Source: Verrucomicrobiota bacterium (GTDB lineage: Bacteria > Verrucomicrobiota > Verrucomicrobiia > Verrucomicrobiales > JBCCJK01). From it: DNA of 64,000 nt. The DNA is taken from the NCBI GenBank assembly GCA_039027815.1, contig JBCCJK010000001.1, positions 52,779 to 116,778 of the forward strand, in the 5' to 3' direction. The translations under genes were made by a program, and so were the position numbers. Positions 16,125 to 26,128 of the stretch are shown here, piece by piece. Within the stretch, counting starts at the first letter, position 1, and every line of letters starts with the position of its first letter. The notes beneath the pieces are model-generated. The model worked only from the letters and a program-made list of their open reading frames with translations, searched no databases and was not told the origin of the DNA.

Positions 16125-17554
16125 GGCCCTTGCTCCTGCTCTTGGCAGCCCCGGTCGCCGCCTCCGCCTTCACCGGGACCGTGGTCCTGGAGCAAAGCGT
16201 GGCCGGTCAAGAAGCGGAAATGGTGCGCGAGTTTGCTCCCTCCAAGATCACCCTCCACTTCGGCCAGGACGCCTTCCGCCAGGATGAAGTGGGCGGCCTC
16301 AATGAGGGCAGTTATCTTCTGCAAAAAGGCTTTCCCAGCGCCCTCAAGCTGAAACACGCCGAGCGGACATCCGTCCTCGGGAAAGCCAGCCCTCTGGCAA
16401 GGCCCGCCAGCGCGGGAGGGGAGTCCCTGCCACCTGCCCCCACGGAGTTGGAAGCGACCGAGGAGGTCATCGAGGTGGCCGGCTACCCTGCTCGCAAATT
16501 CCGCGTTGTGAGCGCCCCGGAAATTCGCGAAGACGCGGTCGCCTACGTTTGGATCAGTCAAGAGGTGGAGTGGCCGGCCACCGCCTGGGCCTTTGAATTT
16601 GAGGTCAGTCGCGTCCTCACCCCCACCTTGCTCAACCTCTCAGTGGAGTCGGGCACCATTCTGAAACTTGAAGTGACCGAAGACCACACCACCCTGACCA
16701 CCGTGGTGACCTCGCTGGAGGAGAAGGAGCTGGCTCCTTCTCTTTTCCAGAAGCCTCTCGACTACACCGGAGCAGACTTCCCACCCCGATCAGAAAAGTC
16801 GCCCCCCCTGGACCCCTCTCAAGAGGCTTGGGGGGAACTCGATGCCGAAAGGGTCAATGGCCTGAAGATGACCATGATCCTGATGCCCGCTGGCGAATTT
16901 GTCATGGGGAGCCCGGCCGAGGAACCCCAGCGCAAAGAGAATGAGGCGCTGGTGGCCGTAGCGCTCACGCGCCCCTTTTACCTCTCGGCCACCGAGGTGA
17001 CCCAAAGCCAGTGGCGGGAGGTCATGGGCAGCGAATCACCCTCCAAAAGTGTGGGCGATTCCCTCCCAGTCGAAAGCGTGTCTTGGGAGCAAGCCGTGAA
17101 CTTCTGCCAAACGCTCTCCGCTTTGGAAGGCTGGACCTATCGTTTGCCGACGGAAGCGGAATGGGAATACGCCGCCCGGGCAGGGCAGACCTTCGACTTT
17201 GCTTCCATGGACACGGCCCAATTCAGAGACTGGCTCAAGGAACGAGCCTGGTTCTACGACAATGCCCAGTTCAAAACTCGCGAGGTCGCCCAGCTGCGAG
17301 CCAACCCCTGGGGCCTCTACGACATGCTGGGGAATGTGGCCGAATGGACCTCTTCCGGCTACCAAAAGACTTCTCCCGCGGGCCCGCTTCAGGATCCGCT
17401 CGGGGCGGATTCGGATCACAAAGTCGTCCGAGGGGGCGATTGGGTGGCGAGCTTTGACTGGATCCGACCGGCCGCTCGCAGCAGTCGCTTGCAAAGCGAG
17501 CCCAAGGCCACCATTGGATTCCGAGTGGCCAGCGATCCCCGGCCGATCGAGTGA
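16121..17554 (+). CDS. Secreted protein with C-terminal FGE-sulfatase (SUMF1/CLec-fold) domain
   Basis: ORF 16061-17554 trimmed to the ATG at 16121 (signal MRPLLLLLAAPVAASAF). The C-terminal ~250 aa carry FGE-family motifs (MILMPAGEFVMGS, YRLPTEAEWEYAARAG, NPWGLYDMLGNVAEWT, RGGDW). Confidence 0.8.
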   Translation: MRPLLLLLAAPVAASAFTGTVVLEQSVAGQEAEMVREFAPSKITLHFGQDAFRQDEVGGLNEGSYLLQKGFPSALKLKHAERTSVLGKASPLARPASAGGESLPPAPTELEATEEVIEVAGYPARKFRVVSAPEIREDAVAYVWISQEVEWPATAWAFEFEVSRVLTPTLLNLSVESGTILKLEVTEDHTTLTTVVTSLEEKELAPSLFQKPLDYTGADFPPRSEKSPPLDPSQEAWGELDAERVNGLKMTMILMPAGEFVMGSPAEEPQRKENEALVAVALTRPFYLSATEVTQSQWREVMGSESPSKSVGDSLPVESVSWEQAVNFCQTLSALEGWTYRLPTEAEWEYAARAGQTFDFASMDTAQFRDWLKERAWFYDNAQFKTREVAQLRANPWGLYDMLGNVAEWTSSGYQKTSPAGPLQDPLGADSDHKVVRGGDWVASFDWIRPAARSSRLQSEPKATIGFRVASDPRPIE

Positions 17555-17555
17555 T

Positions 17556-18551
17556 TCAAGTCCAGCCGAGCAGGTCCTGCACCGCCTCCCGCTCGCTCTC
17601 GAGTTCGGCAACCGAAGCTCGAATTTTTTCCTGGGAAAACGCGTTCAGCTCGATCCCTTCCACCACCTGCCAGACGCCATCGGCTGGGACCGCGATGGGG
17701 AGTCCCACCACCAGGCCAGGCTCGATGCCATAGCTCCCGTCCGAGACCACCGCCACGCTCGTCCAATCTCCCTCCGGCGTGCCCAAGGTGAGAGACCGGA
17801 CGGTATCGATGATGGCCGAAGCGGCGGAAGCGGCCGAGGAAGCCCCGCGGGCCTCAATGATGGCGGCCCCTCGCTTTTGCACCGTGGGCAAAAAGGTCTC
17901 CTGGAGCCAAGTCTCGTCCCCAATGACCTCGGCCGCGCTCACGCCCGCGATCCGCGCATGGTAGAAATCAGGGTATTGGGTGGCGGAATGATTGCCCCAA
18001 ATCGCCAAATGGCTGACGGCGCTCACAGGACGGCCGGCTTTGGCGGCCAACTGGGACTTGGCACGATTCTCATCCAAGCGGGTCATGGCAAACCAGCGAT
18101 CGGCCGGCAAGCGCTTGGCCTGTTTTTGGGCGATGAGACAGTTCGTGTTGCAGGGATTGCCCACTACGAGAACCCGACAATCATCGGCCGCGTTCTCGTC
18201 GATGGCCCGGCCCTGCCCGGTGAAGATGCCGCCATTGATGACCAAAAGATCTCCCCGCTCCATCCCTGCCTGACGGGGCACGCTACCAATGAGCCAGGCC
18301 CAGTTGGCGTCCGCGAATCCTTCTGCCAGCTCGCTCGTGGCGACGATTTCCTGAACCAGAGGGAAGGCCCCATCCTCCAGCTCCATCACGACACCCTGGA
18401 GGGCCTTCATCCTGGGCTCGATTTCAATCAACCGCAGGCGGACTGGCTGGTCCGGCCCGAAGACCGCCCCGGAAGCCAAGCGGAACAAAAGCGCGTAGCC
18501 GATTTGGCCGGCCGCGCCGGTGACAGAAATGGTGAGGGGTGCGGGGCTCAT
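17556..18551 (-). CDS. mdh: Malate dehydrogenase (NAD, long LDH-like MDH type)
   Basis: 331 aa with motifs [28 protein letters not shown] and [12 protein letters not shown]. Confidence 0.95.
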   Translation of the reverse strand: MSPAPLTISVTGAAGQIGYALLFRLASGAVFGPDQPVRLRLIEIEPRMKALQGVVMELEDGAFPLVQEIVATSELAEGFADANWAWLIGSVPRQAGMERGDLLVINGGIFTGQGRAIDENAADDCRVLVVGNPCNTNCLIAQKQAKRLPADRWFAMTRLDENRAKSQLAAKAGRPVSAVSHLAIWGNHSATQYPDFYHARIAGVSAAEVIGDETWLQETFLPTVQKRGAAIIEARGASSAASAASAIIDTVRSLTLGTPEGDWTSVAVVSDGSYGIEPGLVVGLPIAVPADGVWQVVEGIELNAFSQEKIRASVAELESEREAVQDLLGWT

Positions 18552-18616
18552 TCGCTCCTTCGATAAGAACTTTCGGGAGCCCCAGCAAGGTCATTTTTGC
18601 GCAGGCCGCAGCCTTT

Positions 18617-19192
18617 TCATGGCAGGCCGAGGATTTGCTCAATCCGCAAGCACCACAGGTGGATGACCACTTTCATGGCTTCCTGGATGCGGGCCGTTGG
18701 CTGAACGGGAATGAGAATTTCCACGTCAGCCAGGCCCGAGGCTTGGCCGCCATCGCGACCAACCACAGCCACCGTTTTCAAGCCCATTTCGCGAGCCTGG
18801 GCCAGAGCGCGAAGGACATTCAGCGAATTCCCACTGGTCGAAAACCCCACCAGAACATCCCCCGCTTTGCCCAAGCCCGCCACTTGGCGCGCAAAGACTT
18901 CCTCGAAAGCGTAATCGTTGGCCACGGCCGTCAGCATCGAGCCATCCAAAGAGAGTGGGAAGGCCGCCAAACTCCGCCGATCCTGATCAAAGCGACAGAG
19001 CAGCTCCGTCGTGAAGTGCGCGCTATCGACGGCACTCCCGCCGTTGCCACAGGCCAGGATCTTTCCACCTCGGTCCAAGCTCTCGCCCATCAGTTGGGCG
19101 GCGGCTTCGATCTGCTCTTTGAGTTCCTTGAGAGAGGCGATGGCGGCCAAAGCCTCGTCGATGGCCTGATCGAGAGTTTCCAAATGGTTCAT
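18617..19192 (-). CDS. gmhA: SIS-domain D-sedoheptulose-7-phosphate isomerase
   Basis: ORF trimmed to the Met at 19192. Motifs ILACGNGGSAVDSAHFTTEL and VGFSTSGNSLNVL. The start overlaps the malQ stop. Confidence 0.8.
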   Translation of the reverse strand: MNHLETLDQAIDEALAAIASLKELKEQIEAAAQLMGESLDRGGKILACGNGGSAVDSAHFTTELLCRFDQDRRSLAAFPLSLDGSMLTAVANDYAFEEVFARQVAGLGKAGDVLVGFSTSGNSLNVLRALAQAREMGLKTVAVVGRDGGQASGLADVEILIPVQPTARIQEAMKVVIHLWCLRIEQILGLP

Positions 19193-20910
19193 GATTTGCA
19201 CTGGGGAAGGCCGCGCCCTGTTTCTTCCACCAGCCTCCGCAAGCTGGCGCCCATGTTTGTCCAATGAGGGTTGCGCAGAAAATCCCGCACCGTCGGGCGC
19301 AGCCGCGTCGACCAGTTCTCATCGGCCGACATGCCGGGGACATTGAATCGATCCGTCGAACTCAGGAAATCCGTCATCATGATGACGGCATAGCGGGCGT
19401 TGGAGGCGAACAAGCCGCGAATCAGCTGCTGGCGGACTTCTTCATCGAAGCGCGGCACGATGTCCCCCTGCCATTCGCACCCAGCGAATCGGGCCAAGGC
19501 ATGCAGCTCCCGGGCGGAGTCCTCCGCCCCTTCCTCCTCGTCCAGGATCTGTTTGCGGTGGTTTTCCCAGATGGCCTTGAGCGGCGGGTGGTCGTGGGTC
19601 GCGTAAGTCGTGAAAGAGATTTCCGGGTAGTCCTGGCCGGGGCAGACCTGCCCCTCTTCGCCATATTCCCACTGCGGAATCTTCATTCCTGGAATTCCTA
19701 AGGTCTCCAAGCTGGGACGGACATAGGGGGGCACCATCCCGAGGTCTTCCGCCACGATCTCCGCCTGGCCTGCCGCCTCCTGGATCACCCGAAGAAAGCG
19801 CTCCCCCTGAGAACGATTGGCGGCGCAGCGCTCTTGGCTGTCGTCGGCCTGGGGCCAAAAACCAGGCACGCGACCGCCATTCTCCGTCGCGGCTTCCTCC
19901 CAAGAAAGATCCAGGAAATGTTCATTTCGCTCGGGCCGCCAAGGGAAGCGGTAAATGCGGTAGAAGCCGAGCGCGTGATCGATTCGGAAGATATCAAAGA
20001 TATCCGTCAGCTTGCCTATGCGCCGTCGCCACCAGGCAAAGCCTTGGTCCTCCATGACCTCCCATCGATAAAGCGGAATGCCCCAATTTTGTCCCCATTT
20101 TTGGGTGAAACGATCCTCTTTGAAATAAGCCTCGGGGGGCGCGCCGCCGCTCCATTCCAAGTCGAAGAGCTCGGGCTGGGCAAAGACGTCCGCACTGTAA
20201 TAGCTCACTCCAAAGGGCACATCTCCCATCAAGCGGACGCCCGCCTGCTCCGCATAACGGCGAACGGCCCGCCACTGTCGACTGGCCACCCATTGCACAT
20301 AGGCGAAGAAGTCGAGTCGCGCGCGAAGCTCCTGGCGATCCGCCACGAACTCTCTCGCTCGCGCGATGGTGCCGTACTCCTCCGGCCATTGGTCCCAGGC
20401 GGCCGACCCCTCTTCTCGCTCCATCAAGCAGCGGAAAAGACAATAGTCGGCCAGCCAGGCTTGCTCCTCTTTCTGAAAGAGGGCGAAGGATTGGCCGCGA
20501 TCGCTTTCCTGCCCGAGGTGCTTCTCCTGGAAGTGCCGAAAGGCTCGATCCAGAAGACTCAACTTGAGTCGGCGAACCCGCTCATACCGCACCGAGCCGG
20601 AGCGAAGTTCCAGCAAGTTCTCGCCCACGATCACTTCCGAAAAAGCCTCCTCCGTCAGGTCGGGGAGAGCACCCGGAGACAAATCGAGGGTCAGAGGATC
20701 GAGCGCCACCGCACTGATAGCGTTGTAGGGGCTATTGTCGGCCCCCGTCTCCGTGATCGGCAAAAACTGAAGAACGCCGATTTGCGTCTCGGCCGCCCAG
20801 TCGATGAACTGCTGGACGCCACTGGTATCACCGATCCCCAGATCGTAACGCCGGCGAATGGCAAAGACCGGGACGAGGACGCCCGCAGCTTTGGAGGGGG
20901 ATGGGGTCAT
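19189..20910 (-). CDS. malQ: 4-alpha-glucanotransferase (amylomaltase, GH77)
   Basis: ORF 19189-21249 trimmed to the Met at 20910 (MTPSPSKAAGVLVPVFAIRRRYDLGIGDTSGVQQFIDWA...). The FRIDHALGF catalytic region is present. Confidence 0.85.
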   Translation of the reverse strand: MTPSPSKAAGVLVPVFAIRRRYDLGIGDTSGVQQFIDWAAETQIGVLQFLPITETGADNSPYNAISAVALDPLTLDLSPGALPDLTEEAFSEVIVGENLLELRSGSVRYERVRRLKLSLLDRAFRHFQEKHLGQESDRGQSFALFQKEEQAWLADYCLFRCLMEREEGSAAWDQWPEEYGTIARAREFVADRQELRARLDFFAYVQWVASRQWRAVRRYAEQAGVRLMGDVPFGVSYYSADVFAQPELFDLEWSGGAPPEAYFKEDRFTQKWGQNWGIPLYRWEVMEDQGFAWWRRRIGKLTDIFDIFRIDHALGFYRIYRFPWRPERNEHFLDLSWEEAATENGGRVPGFWPQADDSQERCAANRSQGERFLRVIQEAAGQAEIVAEDLGMVPPYVRPSLETLGIPGMKIPQWEYGEEGQVCPGQDYPEISFTTYATHDHPPLKAIWENHRKQILDEEEGAEDSARELHALARFAGCEWQGDIVPRFDEEVRQQLIRGLFASNARYAVIMMTDFLSSTDRFNVPGMSADENWSTRLRPTVRDFLRNPHWTNMGASLRRLVEETGRGLPQCKS

Positions 20911-21048
20911 GTTCAGTTCAGGGAGGGAGTGGTGGCAAAGGCGCAAGCCTTTGCCGCTGCTGCATACGTCCTTGCCGGAAAAAATCCAATCTTCTCTCGC
21001 CCGCCTTCCCCCCGGCAAGCGAACTGCTTTTGCTGCGCCGCCCTCACC

Positions 21049-21522
21049 ATGTCGTTTTTCTCCTCGCCCCTGGCCCCACCGCTCGCGATCGGAAGCCCTC
21101 TCCCGGAAAAAAACGTCACCCTCCACGACGGCACGCAAGCCTCGCTCGTCAGCTTGGCCGGGGGGCCGCGGACTCTCTTCTACTTCTTCCCCAAAGCCGG
21201 CACCCCGGTTTGCACCGCCCAGGCCTGCTCCTTTCGCGATGAAGCGCAAGACTTGGCCGATTTGGAATTGACGGTTCTAGGCATCAGCGGGGACTCTCCC
21301 GCGGCCTTGGCCCGCTTCCGGGAAAAACGAAGCCTTCCCTTCTCGCTTATTTCGGACGAGGAGGGCGAGCTCGCGAGCGCTTTTGGAGTGTCCCGTCTCC
21401 TTGGCTGGCCGGCGCGAAAAAGCTTTCTCTTTCAAGGTGGCCACTTGGTATGGAAGGACACCCAACCCTCCCCCGGCAAACAAGTCGCAAAGATTCGCCA
21501 GGCCATCTTGATGAACCCGTGA
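21049..21522 (+). CDS. bcp: Thioredoxin-dependent peroxiredoxin (Bcp type)
   Basis: In-frame ATG at 21049 within ORF 19834-21522. FYFFPKAGTPVCTAQACSFRD contains the peroxidatic Cys motif. Confidence 0.85.
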   Translation: MSFFSSPLAPPLAIGSPLPEKNVTLHDGTQASLVSLAGGPRTLFYFFPKAGTPVCTAQACSFRDEAQDLADLELTVLGISGDSPAALARFREKRSLPFSLISDEEGELASAFGVSRLLGWPARKSFLFQGGHLVWKDTQPSPGKQVAKIRQAILMNP

Positions 21523-21579
21523 TCGACAAAGCCCTCGGCCCATGACACCCTTTCCAAACACAGAGCGTAGAGCAGTCAG

Positions 21580-23151
21580 ATGATCAACGACATGATGCAA
21601 CCAAAGCGAGTGAACATCATCGGAGCCGGTCCGGGGGGGCTGGCTTCGGCGATGCTCTTGGCCAAAGCCGGACTAGACGTGCACGTGTTTGAAAAACAGC
21701 CACGAGTCGGCGGACGGACCTCCGCCATCGAAAAGGATGGCTTCCGCTTCGACATGGGGCCGACCTTCTTCATGTATCCGGAGATTTTGGCGGAGATCTT
21801 TTCTTCCTGCGGCTTCTCGCTCGACAAAGAGATTGAACTCAAATCTCTCGATCCCTTTTACCGTCTGATTTTTGAAAAGGGCGGGCAGATCGAAGCCACG
21901 CCCGACGTCGAAAACATGCGACGCCAAATCGCGGCCATCTCGCCCGTCGATGCCGATCAATTCCCCAAGTTCTTGGAAGACAACCGGGAGAAGTTCAAAG
22001 CCTTCAAGCCCGTCCTGCAAAAGCCGTTTAGTCGGCTGACTGACCTCCTCGATCCCAATCTCCTCAAAAGCGTCCCCCGGCTCCGTCCCGGCACCTCGGT
22101 CGACACCGACCTGCGCCGTTTCTTTGAAGATGATCGAGTCCGGGTCGCCTTTAGTTTCCAGTCAAAATACCTCGGGATGTCGCCCTTCCGCTGTCCCAGC
22201 CTCTTCACGATTCTCTCCTTCCTGGAATATGAGTACGGCGTCCATCACCCCATCGGAGGCTGTGCCGCCATTTCCGAGGGCATGGCGCGCTGCGCCCGGC
22301 GCCTCGGCGCCACCATTCATCTGGGCGAGGAAGTGACCGGGCTGACCTTCTCGGGTCGCACCTTGACCGGAGTTCAGACTGCCGATGGGGAGCACAGCGC
22401 GGATGCCACCATCATCAACGCCGACTTCGCCCACGCCATGCGGAAGCTTGTTCCGGACGCGCTCCGGAAACGTTGGAGCAATCGCTCGATCGATCGCAAG
22501 AAATTCTCTTGCTCGACCTTCATGATGTATCTCGGGATCGAGGGCAGCTACTCTCATCTCCACCACCACAACATCTTCATCGCCGAAGACTACGCCAAAA
22601 ATCTCCGGGAGATTGAGGACGAACACACCCTCTCCGAAGACCCCTCTTTCTATGTGCAAAATCCCGGCGTGACCGACCCCACGCTCGCCCCCGAGGGCAT
22701 GAGCACCCTCTACGTGCTCGCTCCAGTCTCTCACCAGCACGGCAATATTGATTGGACGGAAGCCAAGGTTCCATTCCGCCAAAAAATCATCGAGCAAATG
22801 GAGAAAATGGGGATCAGCGGATTAGAGTCCCGCATTCGAAGCGAGACCATCTACACCCCAGACGATTGGCAAGCCCAACAGAGCATCCACATGGGCGCGA
22901 CCTTCAATCTAGCCCACAACTTCGGCCAAATGCTCAACCTGCGACCGCGCAATCGCTTCGAAGATCTCGGACAGACCTACTTGGTCGGCGGCGGCACTCA
23001 TCCCGGCAGCGGTCTTCCGGTCATCTTTGAATCCGCGCGCATCAGCTCCAGCCTCCTCCTGAAGGATCTCGGCGTGGCCAGCGATTGGATTCGCGGCGGG
23101 CGCCCGGAGGAACTCCTGGGTCTGGAGCCGAAGGTCGGCTTCGCCAGCTGA
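21580..23151 (+). CDS. crtN: CrtI-family desaturase, CrtN-like (4,4'-diapophytoene desaturase candidate)
   Basis: 523 aa. FAD motif [27 protein letters not shown], plus [12 protein letters not shown] and C-terminal [13 protein letters not shown]. The internal [26 protein letters not shown] resembles the CrtN/CrtI signature as I recall it from S. aureus CrtN. Confidence 0.7.
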   Translation: MINDMMQPKRVNIIGAGPGGLASAMLLAKAGLDVHVFEKQPRVGGRTSAIEKDGFRFDMGPTFFMYPEILAEIFSSCGFSLDKEIELKSLDPFYRLIFEKGGQIEATPDVENMRRQIAAISPVDADQFPKFLEDNREKFKAFKPVLQKPFSRLTDLLDPNLLKSVPRLRPGTSVDTDLRRFFEDDRVRVAFSFQSKYLGMSPFRCPSLFTILSFLEYEYGVHHPIGGCAAISEGMARCARRLGATIHLGEEVTGLTFSGRTLTGVQTADGEHSADATIINADFAHAMRKLVPDALRKRWSNRSIDRKKFSCSTFMMYLGIEGSYSHLHHHNIFIAEDYAKNLREIEDEHTLSEDPSFYVQNPGVTDPTLAPEGMSTLYVLAPVSHQHGNIDWTEAKVPFRQKIIEQMEKMGISGLESRIRSETIYTPDDWQAQQSIHMGATFNLAHNFGQMLNLRPRNRFEDLGQTYLVGGGTHPGSGLPVIFESARISSSLLLKDLGVASDWIRGGRPEELLGLEPKVGFAS

Positions 23152-23163
23152 CCACGCCTCCGC

Positions 23164-24579
23164 ATGCTTCCCTCTTCCAAACCCTCGCCCCTCCCCGCGA
23201 CCGAGGCCCCCAAGGAAAGGAAGACATCGCAGAACTTACAGCGAATCCGAAACGGACTGGCCCGGAAACGCGAGGAACTCATCGACGCCATCGCCGCAGG
23301 CCCCCTCGGCCAGGGCCGAAACCGCGGAGAAATCCTGGCCTCCGAGATCATTCCCACCCTGGAGTGCTGTCAGTTTCTCGAGAAGGAAGCGGCCAAACTG
23401 CTCCGGGCTCGCAAGATTCCGGCGCGCAAACGCCCTCTCTGGCTAGCTGGCACCAAGTTGACCATTCACCGGGAACCCTTCGGCCGGGTTCTCATCATCG
23501 GGCCCGCCAACTACCCCTTCTTTCTCCCGATTTCTCACGCCTTGCATGCCCTGGCAGCCGGTAACACCGTCCTCATCAAACCCGCACCAGGCTGCGAACA
23601 GGTGGCCGTCCTTTTTGCCGAAATCGTGGGTCATCCCGACACAGTGCGGGTTACCTCCTCGGACCTTTCCGAGGTGGCGGCTTGCTTGGAAAAAGGAATC
23701 GACCTGCTGGTCTTCACGGGGGGCACGACCGCAGGGCTGGCCGTCTCGGGGTTGGCCTCGCGCTACGGGGTTCCCGTCATCTCGGAATTGTCGGGCTGCG
23801 ATGCGTGCTTTGTTTTTGAAAAAGAGAAACTGGAGTTAGCTGCACGCTCTCTAGTATTCGGCCTGCGCTTCAATGCCAGCGCCACCTGCATCGCTCCGCG
23901 AAGAGTCTTTGTGGAGCATGCCCTGGAAGAAGAGCTCCTGAATCGCATGAAAGAGGCGCTCACTGGTCTCCAAATCCCTTTGGCGGACAAAACCAGAGAC
24001 GCTCTTCTCAAGTTCCTCCAGCGGGCCGAAGGAGCCGGAGCCGACCTCGTTTCGGGATCGATTCGCGAAGACGCACAGTGCGCCCCTTACCTCCTCCGTC
24101 TGCCAAAAGAAGGCCTCTCGGTCTGGCAAGAAGATCTCTTCGCGCCCCTCGTCACGGTCACTTCCTGCGCCGATGTAAGCGAGGCTTTGCGACTGGATGG
24201 CGAATGCCCCTACGCGCTCGGAGCCACCATTTTTGGAAGCTCCCGCGAAACCCGGCGGCTGAGCGAAGGGGTCAATGCCGGAACGATTCTTTTGAACGAC
24301 ATGATCGCGCCCACCGCCGACCCCTGGTTGCCGTTCGGGGCCAGGGGCCGGAGTGGCTCGGGCGTCACGCGCGGGGCCGAAGGTCTTCTTGCCATGACCC
24401 GTCCCAAGGCCATTGTTGAGCGTAGAGGGGGAAGTCAAATGTATTACCAACCCACCGGCCGCCAAGAGCACGGGCTGCTGGATGAACTCGTAGAAATTTT
24501 TCACACCCAAGCCACTCCCCGTTGGTCGCGCCTTGGGCTTCTCCTGAGAAAGGCCCTGGAAATTTCCCGCTCCCACTAA
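23164..24579 (+). CDS. Aldehyde dehydrogenase family protein (carotenoid-aldehyde dehydrogenase candidate)
   Basis: 471 aa. ALDH catalytic Glu region ELSGCDACFV and Cys region NASATCIAPRRVFV. Sits between two carotenoid desaturase-family genes. Confidence 0.8.
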   Translation: MLPSSKPSPLPATEAPKERKTSQNLQRIRNGLARKREELIDAIAAGPLGQGRNRGEILASEIIPTLECCQFLEKEAAKLLRARKIPARKRPLWLAGTKLTIHREPFGRVLIIGPANYPFFLPISHALHALAAGNTVLIKPAPGCEQVAVLFAEIVGHPDTVRVTSSDLSEVAACLEKGIDLLVFTGGTTAGLAVSGLASRYGVPVISELSGCDACFVFEKEKLELAARSLVFGLRFNASATCIAPRRVFVEHALEEELLNRMKEALTGLQIPLADKTRDALLKFLQRAEGAGADLVSGSIREDAQCAPYLLRLPKEGLSVWQEDLFAPLVTVTSCADVSEALRLDGECPYALGATIFGSSRETRRLSEGVNAGTILLNDMIAPTADPWLPFGARGRSGSGVTRGAEGLLAMTRPKAIVERRGGSQMYYQPTGRQEHGLLDELVEIFHTQATPRWSRLGLLLRKALEISRSH

Positions 24580-24591
24580 CCCATTGATTCC

Positions 24592-26127
24592 ATGACAGAA
24601 AAAATCGCAGTCGTCGGCTCCGGTCTCGGAGGATTGGCAGCCGCCGCCACTCTCGCCGCGCGCGGCCATCAGGTCACCGTTCTTGAAAAAAATTCCTGGC
24701 TGGGAGGGAAAGCGGCGCAACTCGAGCAGGATGGGTTTCGCTTTGATATGGGGCCTACCATTTTGACCGTGCCTTCGGTTCTCTTCCGAATTTTTGCGGA
24801 AGCCCAAAAGGACATCAAAGACTACCTCGACCTCGTCCGGCTCGACCCCCAATGGCGCTGCTTTTATGAAGATGGCTCCGTGCTCGACTTGCAGGAAGAC
24901 GTGGAAAAAATGAGCGCCGTCATTCGCGACTACTCGCCCAACCCCGAGGACGGCGAACGCTACGGGCGTTTCGTGGAACTCTCCGAGAAGCTGAACGAAA
25001 TTTCCCAAAAATACTTCTTTTGGCGCTCGGTGGGCGGGGTGGCGGACACCCTCAACGTCAAAGAAATCCTCAAGCCCTGGGTCCTCAAGGACCTCATCGA
25101 TATGCGGATGGGCAAAAGCGTTTCCGAGACCATTCGAGCCAACATGAAGGACGAGCGCGTGGCCCAAATGCTCGATCACTTCACGCAGTATGTCGGCTCG
25201 AGTCCAGAAGCGTCTCCCGCGGTCCTTTGTGGCATCGCCCACATGCAGGTCGATGAAGGGGTTTGGTATCCCATGGGGGGAACGCGCGCCGTCCCCGAAG
25301 CCTTGGTCCAACTCGGCCAAGACTTGGGCGTGGACTACCGCACGGAGGTGGAGGTGACCGACATCCGGACCCACGGCGGCCAGGTCCAGGGAGTCATCGA
25401 TAGCGCGGGCCGGTTCGAAGCCTTTGACACGGTGGTCTCGAACTCCGACGCCATCCGCACCTACCGGGAACTGGTCGGCGGACGCGCTGGGCAAGATGCC
25501 AAGCTCTCGAGCTTTGAGCCAGCCTGTTCCGGGGTCGTGCTCTACCTCGGACTCAAGGAACGCTACCCACACCTCGCCCATCACAACTTCGTCTTCTCCC
25601 GCGACCCAGAAGAGGAATTCGAAGCCATTTACGACCAAGGCCAACCCGCCCCCGACCCCACCGCCTACGTCTGCGCTCCCGCCGTGACCGAACCAGGCGT
25701 GGCGCCCGAGGGAGGGGATGCGCTCTACGTGCTCGTGCACACGCCTTACCTGCGAAAGGACCACAACTGGGAGAAGATGTTGCCGGAATATCGGAAGGTC
25801 ATTTTGGAAAAGCTCCGCCGGACGGCTGGCCTCGAGGACATCGAAGACCGCATCGTGACCGAGTCTCATCTCACCCCACAGAGTATTCACGATCGCTACC
25901 GCGTGCTCAATGGTGCCATCTATGGGGTGGCCAGCCATGGACGTTGGTTTGGGGCCTTCAAGCCAGCCAACCGCTCTCGTAAAGTAGGCGGTCTCTACTT
26001 GGCGGGCGGGGCCGCTCACCCTGGCCCTGGCATGCCCATGGTCATGATGTCAGGCTGGATCGCTGCGGACTGTGTCGACCAAGATAAAAAAGGAGGCCAG
26101 ACCCGCCCACCGGCCAAGGCCGCCTGA
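24592..26127 (+). CDS. crtP: CrtI-family oxidase, CrtP-like (4,4'-diaponeurosporene oxygenase candidate)
   Basis: 511 aa. Segments VVGSGLGGLAAAATLAARGHQVTVLEK, LDPQWRCFYEDGSVLDL, FTQYVGSSPEASPAVLCGIAHMQ, YPHLAHHNFVFS, NGAIYGV and AGGAAHPGPGMPMV parallel the S. aureus CrtP segments as I recall them. Confidence 0.7.
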   Translation: MTEKIAVVGSGLGGLAAAATLAARGHQVTVLEKNSWLGGKAAQLEQDGFRFDMGPTILTVPSVLFRIFAEAQKDIKDYLDLVRLDPQWRCFYEDGSVLDLQEDVEKMSAVIRDYSPNPEDGERYGRFVELSEKLNEISQKYFFWRSVGGVADTLNVKEILKPWVLKDLIDMRMGKSVSETIRANMKDERVAQMLDHFTQYVGSSPEASPAVLCGIAHMQVDEGVWYPMGGTRAVPEALVQLGQDLGVDYRTEVEVTDIRTHGGQVQGVIDSAGRFEAFDTVVSNSDAIRTYRELVGGRAGQDAKLSSFEPACSGVVLYLGLKERYPHLAHHNFVFSRDPEEEFEAIYDQGQPAPDPTAYVCAPAVTEPGVAPEGGDALYVLVHTPYLRKDHNWEKMLPEYRKVILEKLRRTAGLEDIEDRIVTESHLTPQSIHDRYRVLNGAIYGVASHGRWFGAFKPANRSRKVGGLYLAGGAAHPGPGMPMVMMSGWIAADCVDQDKKGGQTRPPAKAA

Positions 26128-26128
26128 G

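Noticed and set aside
16800-17554. Diversity-generating retroelement target. The FGE/CLec-fold C-terminus is the usual DGR variable-protein scaffold, and the repeats might be template/variable regions.
   Set aside because: There is no reverse transcriptase and no template copy of the gene's 3' end in the window. Differences between the 212-bp repeats are not adenine-specific, and the repeats lie outside coding sequence.
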